The translations under genes and the position numbers were made by a program. A stretch of 64,000 bases of DNA from positions 1-64,000 of the forward strand of contig BCKZ01000011.1 of NCBI GenBank assembly GCA_001600815.1, written 5' to 3'. Below are positions 23,413-36,253 of the stretch, in pieces (the stretch's first letter is position 1; each line of letters starts with the position of its first letter). The notes beneath the pieces were generated by a model. It did no database searches. It saw only the letters and a program-made list of their open reading frames with translations, and was not told the origin of the DNA. The stretch comes from Alloascoidea hylecoeti. Its lineage: Eukaryota.

Positions 23413-26400
23413 ATGAATGATGATTTGGATGGAGTTATTCATCCATCTTTACACCGAGAATGTGGAAAAGGACCATTGATCAGTATAAATGAAGTCAATG
23501 AAACAGCAATGTCCTTAATAAAAGCAATTGAGTCATCCAATAATAATGGAAGAGAATCTGATCAAAACATTAATGCAACAAATTTAAATGTCGGTCATGA
23601 TAGTGCGTCTGCTATTGCATCTGCTGCTGTTGCTGCTGGTGTTAAAAGAGATTATTTGGATTTAGATGATCATGATAATGATAATAGACATATGAATAAT
23701 GGTGGTGGTGGAAAGGGGACAAAAAGGTCAAAATTACCAACTAATTATAGAAAGTTTATATCAAATCATAATATTTCTGTTCAATCTGGTAGAAAGAAAA
23801 ATTGGATTTATTTACATTATGAATTAGTTGGAGAAAAAGATAATGATTCAAATGACAACGAAATTGAAAATGGTAATGGAAATGATGATGATGATGAAAC
23901 CTCTGACCTTAAAGATGTTTTATGGATTTGTAAACATTGTGGTAGAACTGTTGGTAAAGAATCAACACGTTATGAAAATAATAGTAAATTAAGGAAACAT
24001 TTATCAACAAAAGGAAATCATGGTGATTATTATTGGGATAAAAAAGGCATTAAACAAATGTTAACATCTGATGATAAAAAAGGTTTAAAAGCGCAGAGAT
24101 CAAGAATGGTTTATTATGACAAAGAACCTCATTTTCCTGTTCAATCTTTATCTAAAAATTCAACTATTTCTTCAACTCCAACTTCGCCTCCTCTTATTTC
24201 TTCATCTTCCACTTCCAATTCACAAAATTTAAGAAGTGAAAAGGATTCAAATGATAATGATAATAAATCAAATAATAATCTTACAAGAGATCGTTTCTTT
24301 GCAAGAGTTTTAGGATTTATTGCATCAACAAATACATCTTTCAAAGATGTTTGTAATCAATCTTTTATTGATTTATTTAAAAAGTCAAATCAATTTATTG
24401 AATTACGTATTGATTCTTCAACAATATCAGAATATGCAAATGAAAGTTATTTATATTATAAAAATTCAATTAAATCACAATTATCATTATCAACATCATG
24501 TATTTCAATAATTTTAGAATATTGGAATGATGATAATAATAATTTAACTTTTGTTATATTATGTTCTTGGATTGATGATTCATTTAAACAAAATTTACAA
24601 ATTTTAGATACTATTCAAATTAAGATAAATTTTATTGATGATAAAAATACAGATGAGATAATAGTTGAAAAGTTTAATAGATTTTTTATTAAAACAATTG
24701 AATTTTATGAAATTAAAAATCGAATTTTAACAATTAATGGAAATCCAACAAATTTAATTAAACTAATTATAAAAAAAATTTATAACGAAAAAGATGATGC
24801 ATATTTATTTAAAAGAAATCAAAAATTAATTAAAGATTTACCATTATCTGTTGATTTTGGATTAATTGAAATTTATGATAAATTAACAGATTTAATATTT
24901 GATTCAGAAGAATCACCATATAAATCATTACTTTTAAAATTAAAAAAATTTTTATTAAAAGTTTCAAATGATGAATCAAATTGGATTAAATATATTGGTA
25001 ACAATCATGATGATAATTATACAAATTATTCATTATCTTATTCAATTGAAAATAATAATGAATCAACATCATCATCATCAATAAATAACAACAATGATAA
25101 TAATAATCATAATCACGGTAATAATATTCAATCATTGACAACAATCACAAATCCTTTCAATGAATTTTCAAATGTTAAAAATATTAAAAGAATTTTACCA
25201 CAATTATTTGAAATAATGAATTTATCAAAACCATTTATTCAACAATATTTAAATAATAACAATGAAAATGAAAATGAATCATTAATTTTAACAGATGATG
25301 AATGGCAATCATTTGAAAAAATTTATATTATATTAAGACCAATAAATCAAAGTATATTATTATTTTCAAATCAATTATCAAACATATCAATAATTTATAA
25401 TAATTTTGAATTATTATATAATCATTTGATTGAAATTAAATCAAGATTAGATAGAAGATTTTTAAATAATAATCAAGAAGATAATTATTTAATTCAAAAA
25501 GTTGAATTAATTTTTTTAAAATTTCAAAATTATTATTATGAAATTAATATTTCATCAATTTTTAGATTATCATCATTATTAAATCCTTTAAATGTTAAAA
25601 GAACATTACCTGAATTACAAAATGATCAAGAAGATTTTTTACAACCAATTATTAAATTATTAACAAAACATTTATCTACAAATTCAAAAGAAAAAAATTC
25701 GAATACTAATAATTCGAATGAAGGAGATACAACTATTGGTGAATTTTTAGATCCAGTACTTACTTCAGAATCCCACGATGATAATGCTAATAACAATGGT
25801 GAGAATACTAGTAATGAAAATAACAATGATCATAGTAATAATCATAAATCAGAAAATTTATCAGTAATGAATCAATTTACTTTATTCACAACTGATTTAT
25901 TAACATATATTGAATCATCTTCAGGAATTCAAACTGATAAAAATTTATTACAATGGTGGAATTTTGAAGGAAAATATTGGGGTAGTTTAAATACACTTGC
26001 AAAAGATTTTCTTTCAATTCCAATTTCTTCACATATTTCATTACATAATTATTTTATAAATGATTCAATTTATAGTAATAATTATTCATCATCATCACAT
26101 TTATCATTAAATAATTTAAATTCAATTACAACAAATCCAAATATTGGATCAATTAATACTTTTAATTTAAATCAAAGAGTTAATTTACTACAATCACAAT
26201 CAAATGATAATGGGGAAACATCATCATTAATAAATGGTGGTGGTTTAAATAATAATGAAACTATTTTAACTAATAATATTGGATTAAGTGGTCTTGATAT
26301 AAATTATAAAATGAGTTCAGATTCTTTAAAAGCATTAATTATGATTAAAAAATTTAATGGTGTTGATGCTGCCTGTACCAGATATTTACAAATTCAAGGG

Positions 26401-26415
26401 ATTTCTGAAATGTAA
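23413..26415 (+). CDS. Domesticated, catalytically inactive hAT transposase derivative (BED finger + RNase H-like fold + hAT dimerization domain; Vid22/Env11-like architecture)
   Basis: BED finger WIYLHY..WICKHCG..NSKLRKHL..H; SIILEYW; LTDDEWQSFEKIYIILRPI; LLNP; LLQWWN..WGSLNTLAKDFLSIPISS. Intact 1000-aa ORF packed closely between host genes. Confidence 0.85.
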   Translation: MNDDLDGVIHPSLHRECGKGPLISINEVNETAMSLIKAIESSNNNGRESDQNINATNLNVGHDSASAIASAAVAAGVKRDYLDLDDHDNDNRHMNNGGGGKGTKRSKLPTNYRKFISNHNISVQSGRKKNWIYLHYELVGEKDNDSNDNEIENGNGNDDDDETSDLKDVLWICKHCGRTVGKESTRYENNSKLRKHLSTKGNHGDYYWDKKGIKQMLTSDDKKGLKAQRSRMVYYDKEPHFPVQSLSKNSTISSTPTSPPLISSSSTSNSQNLRSEKDSNDNDNKSNNNLTRDRFFARVLGFIASTNTSFKDVCNQSFIDLFKKSNQFIELRIDSSTISEYANESYLYYKNSIKSQLSLSTSCISIILEYWNDDNNNLTFVILCSWIDDSFKQNLQILDTIQIKINFIDDKNTDEIIVEKFNRFFIKTIEFYEIKNRILTINGNPTNLIKLIIKKIYNEKDDAYLFKRNQKLIKDLPLSVDFGLIEIYDKLTDLIFDSEESPYKSLLLKLKKFLLKVSNDESNWIKYIGNNHDDNYTNYSLSYSIENNNESTSSSSINNNNDNNNHNHGNNIQSLTTITNPFNEFSNVKNIKRILPQLFEIMNLSKPFIQQYLNNNNENENESLILTDDEWQSFEKIYIILRPINQSILLFSNQLSNISIIYNNFELLYNHLIEIKSRLDRRFLNNNQEDNYLIQKVELIFLKFQNYYYEINISSIFRLSSLLNPLNVKRTLPELQNDQEDFLQPIIKLLTKHLSTNSKEKNSNTNNSNEGDTTIGEFLDPVLTSESHDDNANNNGENTSNENNNDHSNNHKSENLSVMNQFTLFTTDLLTYIESSSGIQTDKNLLQWWNFEGKYWGSLNTLAKDFLSIPISSHISLHNYFINDSIYSNNYSSSSHLSLNNLNSITTNPNIGSINTFNLNQRVNLLQSQSNDNGETSSLINGGGLNNNETILTNNIGLSGLDINYKMSSDSLKALIMIKKFNGVDAACTRYLQIQGISEM

Positions 26416-27037
26416 AAGATGGTGTATTATTTATATAAATTCTAAAGAATTGAAATAAGATGTTTCGTCTTTGATAAAAGTATAAGTTGTGTAACTATAA
26501 TAAGGTGATAGTATATAATGCATTAGAATCGTTAAAAATAATAAAAATAGTTGTAATTAATATACAAGTATGAATCATGATTTACCAGTATCTTTTTTGG
26601 CTTCATCCAGAAGTTTCTCGGATTGTTTCGCCTTTTCTGAAACTTGTTCCAACTGACTGTTCAATTCATTTAACTTGGTCATTGAATCACAAGAATTCAT
26701 TATACTTTCAATGTTCTTATCTAAATTATCCAACATTTTCTCCAGTTGCTTTATGGAGTATTAGTATACTTCACAAAAGTGTCATATTAAAACATATATA
26801 CATACCGCAGCAGCGACATCAGCATCGCACAGCTGTTTGTAAGTATCAGCAAAATCCCGTTTTTCTGAATTTGGTAACGTCATAATGAATTATAAAAATG
26901 GTGAAGGAGGTTTGGAAGACTGCTGAGAACACCCATTCACCCACCGATGTTTTGCTACGTTTCCTTTTCATTTTACATTTTTCAGTTTTGACCTCACCAA
27001 AACACATCAAAAATCCATGACAAACCTCATAAATCAA

Positions 27038-28574
27038 ATGAAATCTCCAATTTGGACGATATTCATAATTTTATCAATTTTTTCATCTGTTTTCATTGGA
27101 AAATCAATTGTTGTAAATGCTTCTCCTGTTGTTAATGGAAATACCCTGGTTTTATATGATTCTAAATTTTTAGATTTAAATGATTATTCACAATTCTTTT
27201 CAAGTTTAGAAGACCGACATCATAAATTGATTTATAAAAAAGTTGGAATTGATGAAGTTGAATTATTTGAATTTAATTATAGAATTTATCAAAACCTCAT
27301 TATTCTTCCTTCAAAGAAAAAGTGTATGTTATTCCACTAATCGTGAATGATTTGAGCGATACTAATATTAATATCAATTTTTAGCACTTGGCGATTCTTT
27401 AAATGCTGCTTCTCTTCTTAAATTTTTTAACGATGGTGGTAATATTTTATCAATAACTTCATCAAATGGTCCATCAAACAATGTTAAAATCTTTTATAAT
27501 GAACTTGGAATACATATCAGTCCAAAACCATACAAATTAATTGATCATTTTAATTATGAACCATCATTATCAAAATCTCATGATGTTGTTTTATTAAATT
27601 CTTCATTATTATTAAATGATTATGTTGCTTCTCAAAATGATATTGAAAATCCAATTCTTTATAAAGGTGCTGGTGCATTACTTGGAAATGGTCAATTAAT
27701 TGTACCAATTTTAAATGCTCCTCAATCAGCTTATGTTTATGATAAATCAGAAGATGGTACAAGTTTAAATGATCCATGGTCACTTGGTTCTCAATCTTAT
27801 CTTGTTGCTGGATTTCAAGGTAGAAATAATGCACGTGCAGTTTGGATTGGATCAATTGAACTTTTATCAAATGAATATTTTGATACAATTTTATCATCTG
27901 GTTTGAAAACAGGTAATAGAGAATTTTCAATTGAATTATCAAAATGGGTATTTAATGAAAAATCGGTTATAAAATCAACATTAATTGAACATAGTTTATC
28001 TGATTCAACAAATATTGTCAATTCTGAAATTTATAAAGTTAAAGATAATTTAACTTATTCAATTTTTATTTCTGAATGGAATGGTGAAAATTGGATACCA
28101 TTTGAAGTTCCATCAAATGATAAAATTCAATTAGAATTTACAATGTTAGATCCATATCATCGATTAAATCTTTCAAAAGGTCATACAACAGGTGTATCAC
28201 AAGAGTATAAAACTTCTTTTATTGTACCTGATCAACATGGTATTTTTACATTTTATACAAATTATAAAAGATCAGGTCTTAGTTTTATTGAAGAAAAACG
28301 TGTTGTTACAATAAGACATCTTGCAAATGATGAATATACAAGATCATGGGATATTTCAAATTCATGGGTTTATTTAACTGGTTCTATAGTTGTTATAATT
28401 GGATGGTTTATATTTACGATTTTATTTTTATTTACTGAAGATACAAAAGTAAAACAGACTACTAAAAAGGAAGAATCATTTACTCCTTCAGTTGTTGAAC
28501 AACCAAAGGAAACAATAATTATTGAAGAAAAGAAAACTGTTAAAATAACAAAAACAAGAAAATCTAAGAAATAA
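27038..28574 (+). CDS. WBP1: Oligosaccharyltransferase beta subunit; join(27038..27323,27385..28574); alternative ATG at 27017
   Basis: Signal peptide, YSQFFSSLEDR, FQGRNNARAVWIGS, QLEFTMLDPYHR, PDQHGIFTF, RHLANDEYTRSW, and a C-terminal TM helix. A 61-nt intron (GTATGT..TACTAAT..TAG, 27324-27384) restores the frame (KKKS-LGDSL). Confidence 0.95.
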
Positions 28575-28965
28575 ATTAAATTCCTTATCATCTTTAATAT
28601 TATTCAAAAATCAAAACATGTACCCTTAATACTATGTGGGAAAAAGTCAATACAAAAACTGTAAGTCTTAGTGGTAAATATTCTTGGTAATTTATATAAC
28701 GTATTATTAATTTAATTTATATTTTAGCTAGCTAGATTTATTATATGGTATATAATTATAAGTTAACCTCAAAAGATAAACAATCATAAATATGTAACTT
28801 ATGTCACCGAAAATACATCCAAAAAAATCATATGTTGTTATGTATAATTATAAAGGTAAATGCTTATTTAAAGAGTTAAAGAATGCAAATAAAAACTATT
28901 TATAAAGAAAAAAAAAGAATTGAATGAAGTTATTTAAAGAAAAGATGTTTCCTGAATAAATAGTT

Positions 28966-31900
28966 TTAACCATTTACAACATCATCTTTTAATTTTAACA
29001 TTCTTTCATAATCTTTCAATACATTCAAATGAGTTTCAGTTGCTTTATTCCATAATACCTTAACTTGTAAATCTAATTTAATAGCTTCAATATAAACCTG
29101 TAATGAATCATCATTTCCATTAATATTATTTGTTTGTGGATTCATATAATGCATAACTTCTAAAACATCCCTACTTGATCTATTTGTAAGATATTGAATT
29201 AATTGTTGTTGATAATTAAACCAATTAGACATATAATTTTCCATACTTGACATATATAAATTAAAACTTAACCAAAATTCTTCTTTTGTTTTAAATACTG
29301 ATATTGGTAAATTTGGTGGTGTTGGTGCAATTAATGAAAAGATCGTTGTATCAACATTTAATGATTTTAATGTTGTTCTTTGTGATCCTGATGTATTAAA
29401 ACTAACTGGTGTTTGATCGTTAAAAATTGATGATGATGGAATTGAAGTTGATGGAGTTTTATTATTATTAATAAATGGACTATTAATTGGATTATTATTA
29501 ACATTATTTTTAGTATCAGATCTTTTTGGTATTACAATTGGTTTTGGAACATTAACTCTTGGTAATGGTCTATTAACCGGTGTAAAAGTAGTTTCAAACA
29601 TATTACCTGTAGTTTTAAAAGCTTCTGATATATTTTCATTTTTATAACCATAATCTGTTTTAGGTGATGTTTTAATAGGTTCAACATTAATATCTGATGA
29701 TTTTAATGGTGAATCATCGGTTGGTGATGATAATGTATCAGCCATTGAATTAAAAATATCTTTCATATCAAAATTTCCAGTTGTTTCTGTAAAAGGTGGT
29801 ACATTTTTTAGATCAGAAAATGATGGTATTTCAATATTGATATTTTTTCTATCATCTTTATCATTCTTTTCTTTTGATTTTGAATCATTAATATCAAATG
29901 TTTTATTAACAATTGGAGGAGAAGAAAATGTAAATTCTGCTCTTAATTTTGAACCACCAATACCATATTTATCATCATCATCATCATCATCTCCAAAAAT
30001 ACTACCATTAATTTCTTTTTCTCTTGAGCTTGCTTTACTTGGTGAAATATATGAAGATGATACCCTGCTTGGACTTGGACTTCCATTACCTATATTTGTA
30101 TTATTACTATTAACCCTTCTTTGATTAACGCTACCTCTTCTTTTTGCAGACATGGATCTTCTTGGAACAGCACCTCCAGTTGTAGTTGTTGAATTCAAAA
30201 ATGGTTTAAATAATGGTGTTATATTTGATCCTTTAATACCACTTGGACTTGAAAAATTAAGATTTGGTCTATTTGATAAAGGAGAATTTAAATCATTTTC
30301 AACTTCATTATCATTTGTATTTGTTTGATTCATTTTTTTTTCTGGTGTTTGATTTGAATTTGAATTAAAAAAATTAGAAGTTTTAATATTAATATCATTT
30401 CTTGTTGGACTCATTAAATTATTAATTGCTTGTGTAAAACTTTCCGTATCTTGAAACCAAGAAGGAGATTTGACTTCAGTTTCATTTTCATTGTTATTAT
30501 TATTATTATTTTCAACATTATTATTTCTATTTAATGGGCTTGGATCATTCATACTTATATCTTCTTCAATTTCTTGATCAGATTCAATAATTGGCCCTTT
30601 CCTTTTTGAATCATTTCCACCATTGTTTGTTTTCTTTGGAGTTGTTGTTCCTGCATTACTTGTTGAATTCGAATTTAAAGCCGAACTGAAACCTGAATTT
30701 GTTGGAGATTTATTTACTTTTGGATCAAGATTATTATAATTTAAATTTAAATTATCAAAAGATTCATTTTTATAATTAGTTGATGCTGGATTTAAAGGTG
30801 ATGTTGAAAAAACATTATTTTTATTACTATTATTATTGAAAGATTCTTTTGTGGGACTTAAAATTGGAGATCCATTATTTTGTTGAAAATTTGAACTTGT
30901 ATGAGAATTTTTTGGATCTAATGAAATTGGAAAATCATCATCATCAATAATATCTTCATAATCATCATCATTATTAATATGTTCATTAATATTATTATCT
31001 TCATTTATATTAAACCCTTTTATATCAATATCAATATCAATATCAACATCTAATGCTGATTTAAAAGATTCATAACTTGTTGTATCTTTTGATTTATGTT
31101 TTGTTTTTGTGGAATTTAAATTTGGATTTAATTTATCTCCTTCTGAATGTGAATGATTAAAAATAGGACGATTTGTCTGTTGATTTAAATTTTGATTTAA
31201 ATTTTGATTTATTTGTGATTCAAATGATGCTTCAGTTTGTAATGGTGGTTTAAATAATGGTGATGAAAATTGAAATTTATCCGTTGATGATTTTGCAGAT
31301 TTATTTAAATTATTATTATGATTTTTTGAATTATTATTATAAGGATTTTGATTTTGATTTTGATTTTTTCTTGATGGTGAATCTGGCGATGAAAAATTAA
31401 AAGTTGAAGAAGTCGGTGTATTGAATTTATTGTTTATTGATGAAGGACTTGGATTTTTTGATTTTGAATTTGTTGGTACTACTTTTGGTACTTTTGGTGA
31501 TAATTTATCAAAATTTATATTTGCAAATATTGATGAAAAATCTTCATTATTAATATCATTATTATCATCATTTTTTAAAGAACTTTTTGAAGAATTTTGT
31601 CCTGGTGAATTATTATTATTTGAAGTTTCTGATGATGAATTCATTTTTGAATGATATCCTTTTGGTGATATAAAAACTCGATCTCTTCGATATTTAAATT
31701 TAGATTCTGTTGATTTTTCTTTCTTTTTAGGTGTTTTTTTATCATCATCTTCTTTATCTTTCATTTCATCGATATCTTTTTCTTTCTGTTTACTATAATT
31801 TTTTTCTTTTTTTTTATTATCATTATTTTTTGGTGGTGATGATGATGATGATGATGAAAAACTAAAAAATGATTGAAAACTATTTGGTCTATGTTTTTGA

Positions 31901-32775
31901 TCATTTTTATTATAATGATTTCCATTTTGATTTCCATTTTCTTGATCATAATTATTTGGTGATGAAGATGATGAATTTTCATTAGTTGATGATGGTGATT
32001 CATTTTGTTGATCAGGAACTTTTATATTTGGTATTTTACCAGGATATATTTTTTCTGAAGATCTATAAGCATAAGCAGTATTTGAATTTGTCCAATCTTC
32101 TGTATTTTTTGTACTTGAAACAAATGGTTTATTTGAACTTGAACTTGTAGAATTATGTGTATTAAATTGGCTATAAGCCGATTTTGGACTCGTTTTTGAT
32201 TTTGATTTTGATTTTGATTTAGTTTTTGATTTTGAACTTGAATCTGATGTAGATTCATTAAATTTCTTATCACTTTTAGAACCATAGTTTGAATCATATG
32301 GGAAAAAAGTATCATCGCTAAACTTTCTATGATAACCTTTATACTGAGGAGCTTTCCCGGATTTAAACTGTGGTTTTGGAAAATCAGGATCTTCATCCCA
32401 AGGAGGGCGAGTAGAAGAATTTCCATTTCCCCTATTGTTATAAAAAGAATTCCAATATCCATCAGTAAACGTAGAAGCTTTTGTTTTAGAATCTTTTCTA
32501 ACTTGTTCGGAAAATCTAGAAAAAGAACTTAAATTTGGTTTACTCGGTTTTCTTGTTCTGTCATATTCTCTTCTCTTTTTTTGATCAGAAAGAATTTGAT
32601 AAGCTTCAACGATAATTTTAAATCTTTCAGAACATTCAGGATCACTATTTTTATCAGGATGAAACTTCTTTGCTAGTTGATAATAAGCTTTTTTAATCTC
32701 ATCAGTTGAAGCAGTTGATGGTATATTTAATGTTAAATAAAAATCCTCCCGATTTTTCACTGGTGATAACGGCAT
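28966..32775 (-). CDS. JJJ2: Long J-domain protein (JJJ2-like): N-terminal J domain, low-complexity S/N/P middle, helical C-terminal domain
   Basis: FYLTLNIPSTASTDEIKKAYYQLAKKFHPDKN..AYQILSD..KRREYD with HPD intact. The JJJ2 assignment rests on domain architecture and is tentative. Confidence 0.7.
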   Translation of the reverse strand: MPLSPVKNREDFYLTLNIPSTASTDEIKKAYYQLAKKFHPDKNSDPECSERFKIIVEAYQILSDQKKRREYDRTRKPSKPNLSSFSRFSEQVRKDSKTKASTFTDGYWNSFYNNRGNGNSSTRPPWDEDPDFPKPQFKSGKAPQYKGYHRKFSDDTFFPYDSNYGSKSDKKFNESTSDSSSKSKTKSKSKSKSKTSPKSAYSQFNTHNSTSSSSNKPFVSSTKNTEDWTNSNTAYAYRSSEKIYPGKIPNIKVPDQQNESPSSTNENSSSSSPNNYDQENGNQNGNHYNKNDQKHRPNSFQSFFSFSSSSSSSPPKNNDNKKKEKNYSKQKEKDIDEMKDKEDDDKKTPKKKEKSTESKFKYRRDRVFISPKGYHSKMNSSSETSNNNNSPGQNSSKSSLKNDDNNDINNEDFSSIFANINFDKLSPKVPKVVPTNSKSKNPSPSSINNKFNTPTSSTFNFSSPDSPSRKNQNQNQNPYNNNSKNHNNNLNKSAKSSTDKFQFSSPLFKPPLQTEASFESQINQNLNQNLNQQTNRPIFNHSHSEGDKLNPNLNSTKTKHKSKDTTSYESFKSALDVDIDIDIDIKGFNINEDNNINEHINNDDDYEDIIDDDDFPISLDPKNSHTSSNFQQNNGSPILSPTKESFNNNSNKNNVFSTSPLNPASTNYKNESFDNLNLNYNNLDPKVNKSPTNSGFSSALNSNSTSNAGTTTPKKTNNGGNDSKRKGPIIESDQEIEEDISMNDPSPLNRNNNVENNNNNNNENETEVKSPSWFQDTESFTQAINNLMSPTRNDINIKTSNFFNSNSNQTPEKKMNQTNTNDNEVENDLNSPLSNRPNLNFSSPSGIKGSNITPLFKPFLNSTTTTGGAVPRRSMSAKRRGSVNQRRVNSNNTNIGNGSPSPSRVSSSYISPSKASSREKEINGSIFGDDDDDDDKYGIGGSKLRAEFTFSSPPIVNKTFDINDSKSKEKNDKDDRKNINIEIPSFSDLKNVPPFTETTGNFDMKDIFNSMADTLSSPTDDSPLKSSDINVEPIKTSPKTDYGYKNENISEAFKTTGNMFETTFTPVNRPLPRVNVPKPIVIPKRSDTKNNVNNNPINSPFINNNKTPSTSIPSSSIFNDQTPVSFNTSGSQRTTLKSLNVDTTIFSLIAPTPPNLPISVFKTKEEFWLSFNLYMSSMENYMSNWFNYQQQLIQYLTNRSSRDVLEVMHYMNPQTNNINGNDDSLQVYIEAIKLDLQVKVLWNKATETHLNVLKDYERMLKLKDDVVNG

Positions 32776-33141
32776 TCTTCACTCTTAAATTTAATACCAG
32801 GAACACGCAATGAAATGATACAAAACGAAATAATACCAAATAAAACCCCCAATTATATACTAAGAAGAAAAGATAGGAACAGACAAAAAAGGATGTGATG
32901 GAGAAAGTATTATTTGGATATAAACAGGTATATATAATACAGCCAGGAAATATGGAAGGGGTGAGTGTGTCCTCTGAAAAAATACAGTGGAGGGTTGTTG
33001 TGAACAATAGAAGGAGGTTCAGTCTAAAATAGGAAAAATAAAAATATAGGAAAAAATAAAATAAAGTAAACTTCTACAAAACTCTGTAAAATCATATCAA
33101 AATATCAATTGGAATCTAAATAAATATAAAATATTCTCTGT

Positions 33142-34281
33142 TTATTTTTTTTCTTCATTTTCACCTTTTGGTTCTTCTTTCAAAGGTTCATCTTGAGATT
33201 CCTCCTTAGATTCTACCTTGGGTTCAGATTCTTCTTTTGGGGCTGTAGAAACCTTGTCATCCTCCTTAACTTTTGACTCGCCTTCTTCTTTTTTATCTTC
33301 TTTTTTATCGTCAATATCAACTTCTTTAGGCTCGACTACAACAGTTTCCAACTCTTTAAACAACTTTTGAACTTTTTCCTCCGCCACTTCATTCCCTTCA
33401 TCCAAATTTAAAGCAGTTGTTTTGCCACCATATATAAATGGTACCCAGTCACCTAAATCGTTAACCAAGGTTTTCCCATCATATAAAACATGAAATTTAT
33501 TAATCGTTTCAGCTGATAGAAACAATTTCGTAAAACTAAACAATAAACTCATAAAATAATTAACATTAACAAAATATTTTGCACTTAAAACTTCTGGATA
33601 ATAAGATGAAAAAATATTAATAACATCTTTTGTTGCTGATTTAATAACTGGATCAACACGTAGCATACTAATGTTTTTATAATCATGGATTTGAACCATA
33701 TATGATGTATCATTATCATCTGAATCTAAATCTAATAACATCAATCCTTTTTCCATTAATCCAACTCTCCATCTTAAAAATTTCTCCTTATCTTCAAATA
33801 ACGTCTTAGGATCTTCTGCTGCTCCATAAATATTCCAAGTAACTGCTCTTTCTTTACCATTACTATCAAATGTTGATAAAAATCCAAATGATTTAAAAAT
33901 ATCATCATGAACTTCATCAATACATCCAATTGGATTAAAATCTCGTCTCCATTCCAACGTTTTAGTTAATTGTTCTTTAGCCTTAATTAAATCATTTTTA
34001 TTAGCCTTTAAATATTTATTTAAAATAACTTCTGTAACTTTATCTGAATATTTAAACCTCCTCGTAGTCTTTGTATCTTCAAAATCAGCCGGTTTAATGA
34101 GTGGATACCCCCATAATTCATTATAAGAAACTTTAGTTACAATTTCCGGGAGGAGTTTGGAAAATTGCTCCACAAGGGTTTCAACTATTGGTTCTGAAGG
34201 CTCGGCCTCGCTTACTTTATCAGGTTCAGTGGCTTCGGTGGCAATCACAACAGGAGCTGGAGTTGGAGTTTCGGAGGACAT
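33142..34281 (-). CDS. SFH5: Sec14-like CRAL-TRIO protein Sfh5
   Basis: YNELWGY, KYLKAN, LTKTLEWRRDF, TWNIYG, FLRWRVGLME, QIHDY, YYPEVLSAKYFVNV. Confidence 0.92.
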   Translation of the reverse strand: MSSETPTPAPVVIATEATEPDKVSEAEPSEPIVETLVEQFSKLLPEIVTKVSYNELWGYPLIKPADFEDTKTTRRFKYSDKVTEVILNKYLKANKNDLIKAKEQLTKTLEWRRDFNPIGCIDEVHDDIFKSFGFLSTFDSNGKERAVTWNIYGAAEDPKTLFEDKEKFLRWRVGLMEKGLMLLDLDSDDNDTSYMVQIHDYKNISMLRVDPVIKSATKDVINIFSSYYPEVLSAKYFVNVNYFMSLLFSFTKLFLSAETINKFHVLYDGKTLVNDLGDWVPFIYGGKTTALNLDEGNEVAEEKVQKLFKELETVVVEPKEVDIDDKKEDKKEEGESKVKEDDKVSTAPKEESEPKVESKEESQDEPLKEEPKGENEEKK

Positions 34282-34441
34282 TCTTTATTGTTTATACGAT
34301 ATAAATAAAAGAAAGAAATCATCCCTTAAATTCAAACCTATTTATAATTAAATATCAGACATAAACTTAACCACACTCACGTGTTGTGCATCTAGAATCG
34401 ATCTCCTTAACATAACATAAAAGTAAAATAAATCACTAAAA

Positions 34442-35473
<1,032 letters not shown>

Positions 35474-36253
35474 TTAATCTGAAGAACTAGAAAACTATGG
35501 GGAATAACAACTATTTAAGTAGTTTTTTTTTGAAGCTAAATCAAAGGTAGTATTAGACAAATGATCAATTGGTATCTCTTGATATACATGTATGATTACA
35601 ACTTCTATAGCCAATTATCGACAATTATCGATTTCAACAAAAACAACTTTATTAATGATTATAATTAAATGAGGGATTAATTAGTATGCAGATTCAATTA
35701 TCAGTTTCAATTTTAACTTCCCCTTCTAATCATAATCTCATCAGTTTGCTTTTTCTTTTATTCATTTCCATTATCTATAAAATAGAAACATATGATACCT
35801 ATAGAAGTGATATCTTTGATATGAAATCTATTTCCCAAACTTTTTTAAAAGCCGTGGATGCCCAATAGAATAAAATCAAGCAATTGAATAATGTAATTGC
35901 TAAAAAACTGAGTCAAAGATGATCCTCACTCAATTTCCTGGCTTAAAACGTTGAATCAAATCTCTAAAGTTAGCGAATCATAATTGATGATTCATAGTCA
36001 TTACATACATAAATTACTGCATTGGGTTAATAATTTCATGTTAACTGACTCAAAACTTTTTTCCTACCGGGCGTTACTTAGACAACAATAATTTTTGAAG
36101 CTTGTTGAATCATAAGTTGCGCATCCGTTACCGTATTAGGAAGTTCCCCTCTGAGTCAGAAGAGTCCATAATCGAAAATCGGCTTCTCATGATATACATG
36201 TATTATGCACTTATAATGAACTTTATAAGAAAAGAACCAATTGATCTTCATTA

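Noticed and set aside
23200..26700. Active autonomous hAT element
   Set aside because: Catalytic residues are altered and no TIR or TSD is visible in the short flanks.
35540..35600. TPP riboswitch upstream of THI4 (minus strand GAGATACC..TTGATC..TAATAC is in riboswitch-like order)
   Set aside because: It lacks CTGAGA, the GCG/AGG 3' end, pairing stems and a visible host intron. An Infernal search with the Rfam TPP model would settle it.
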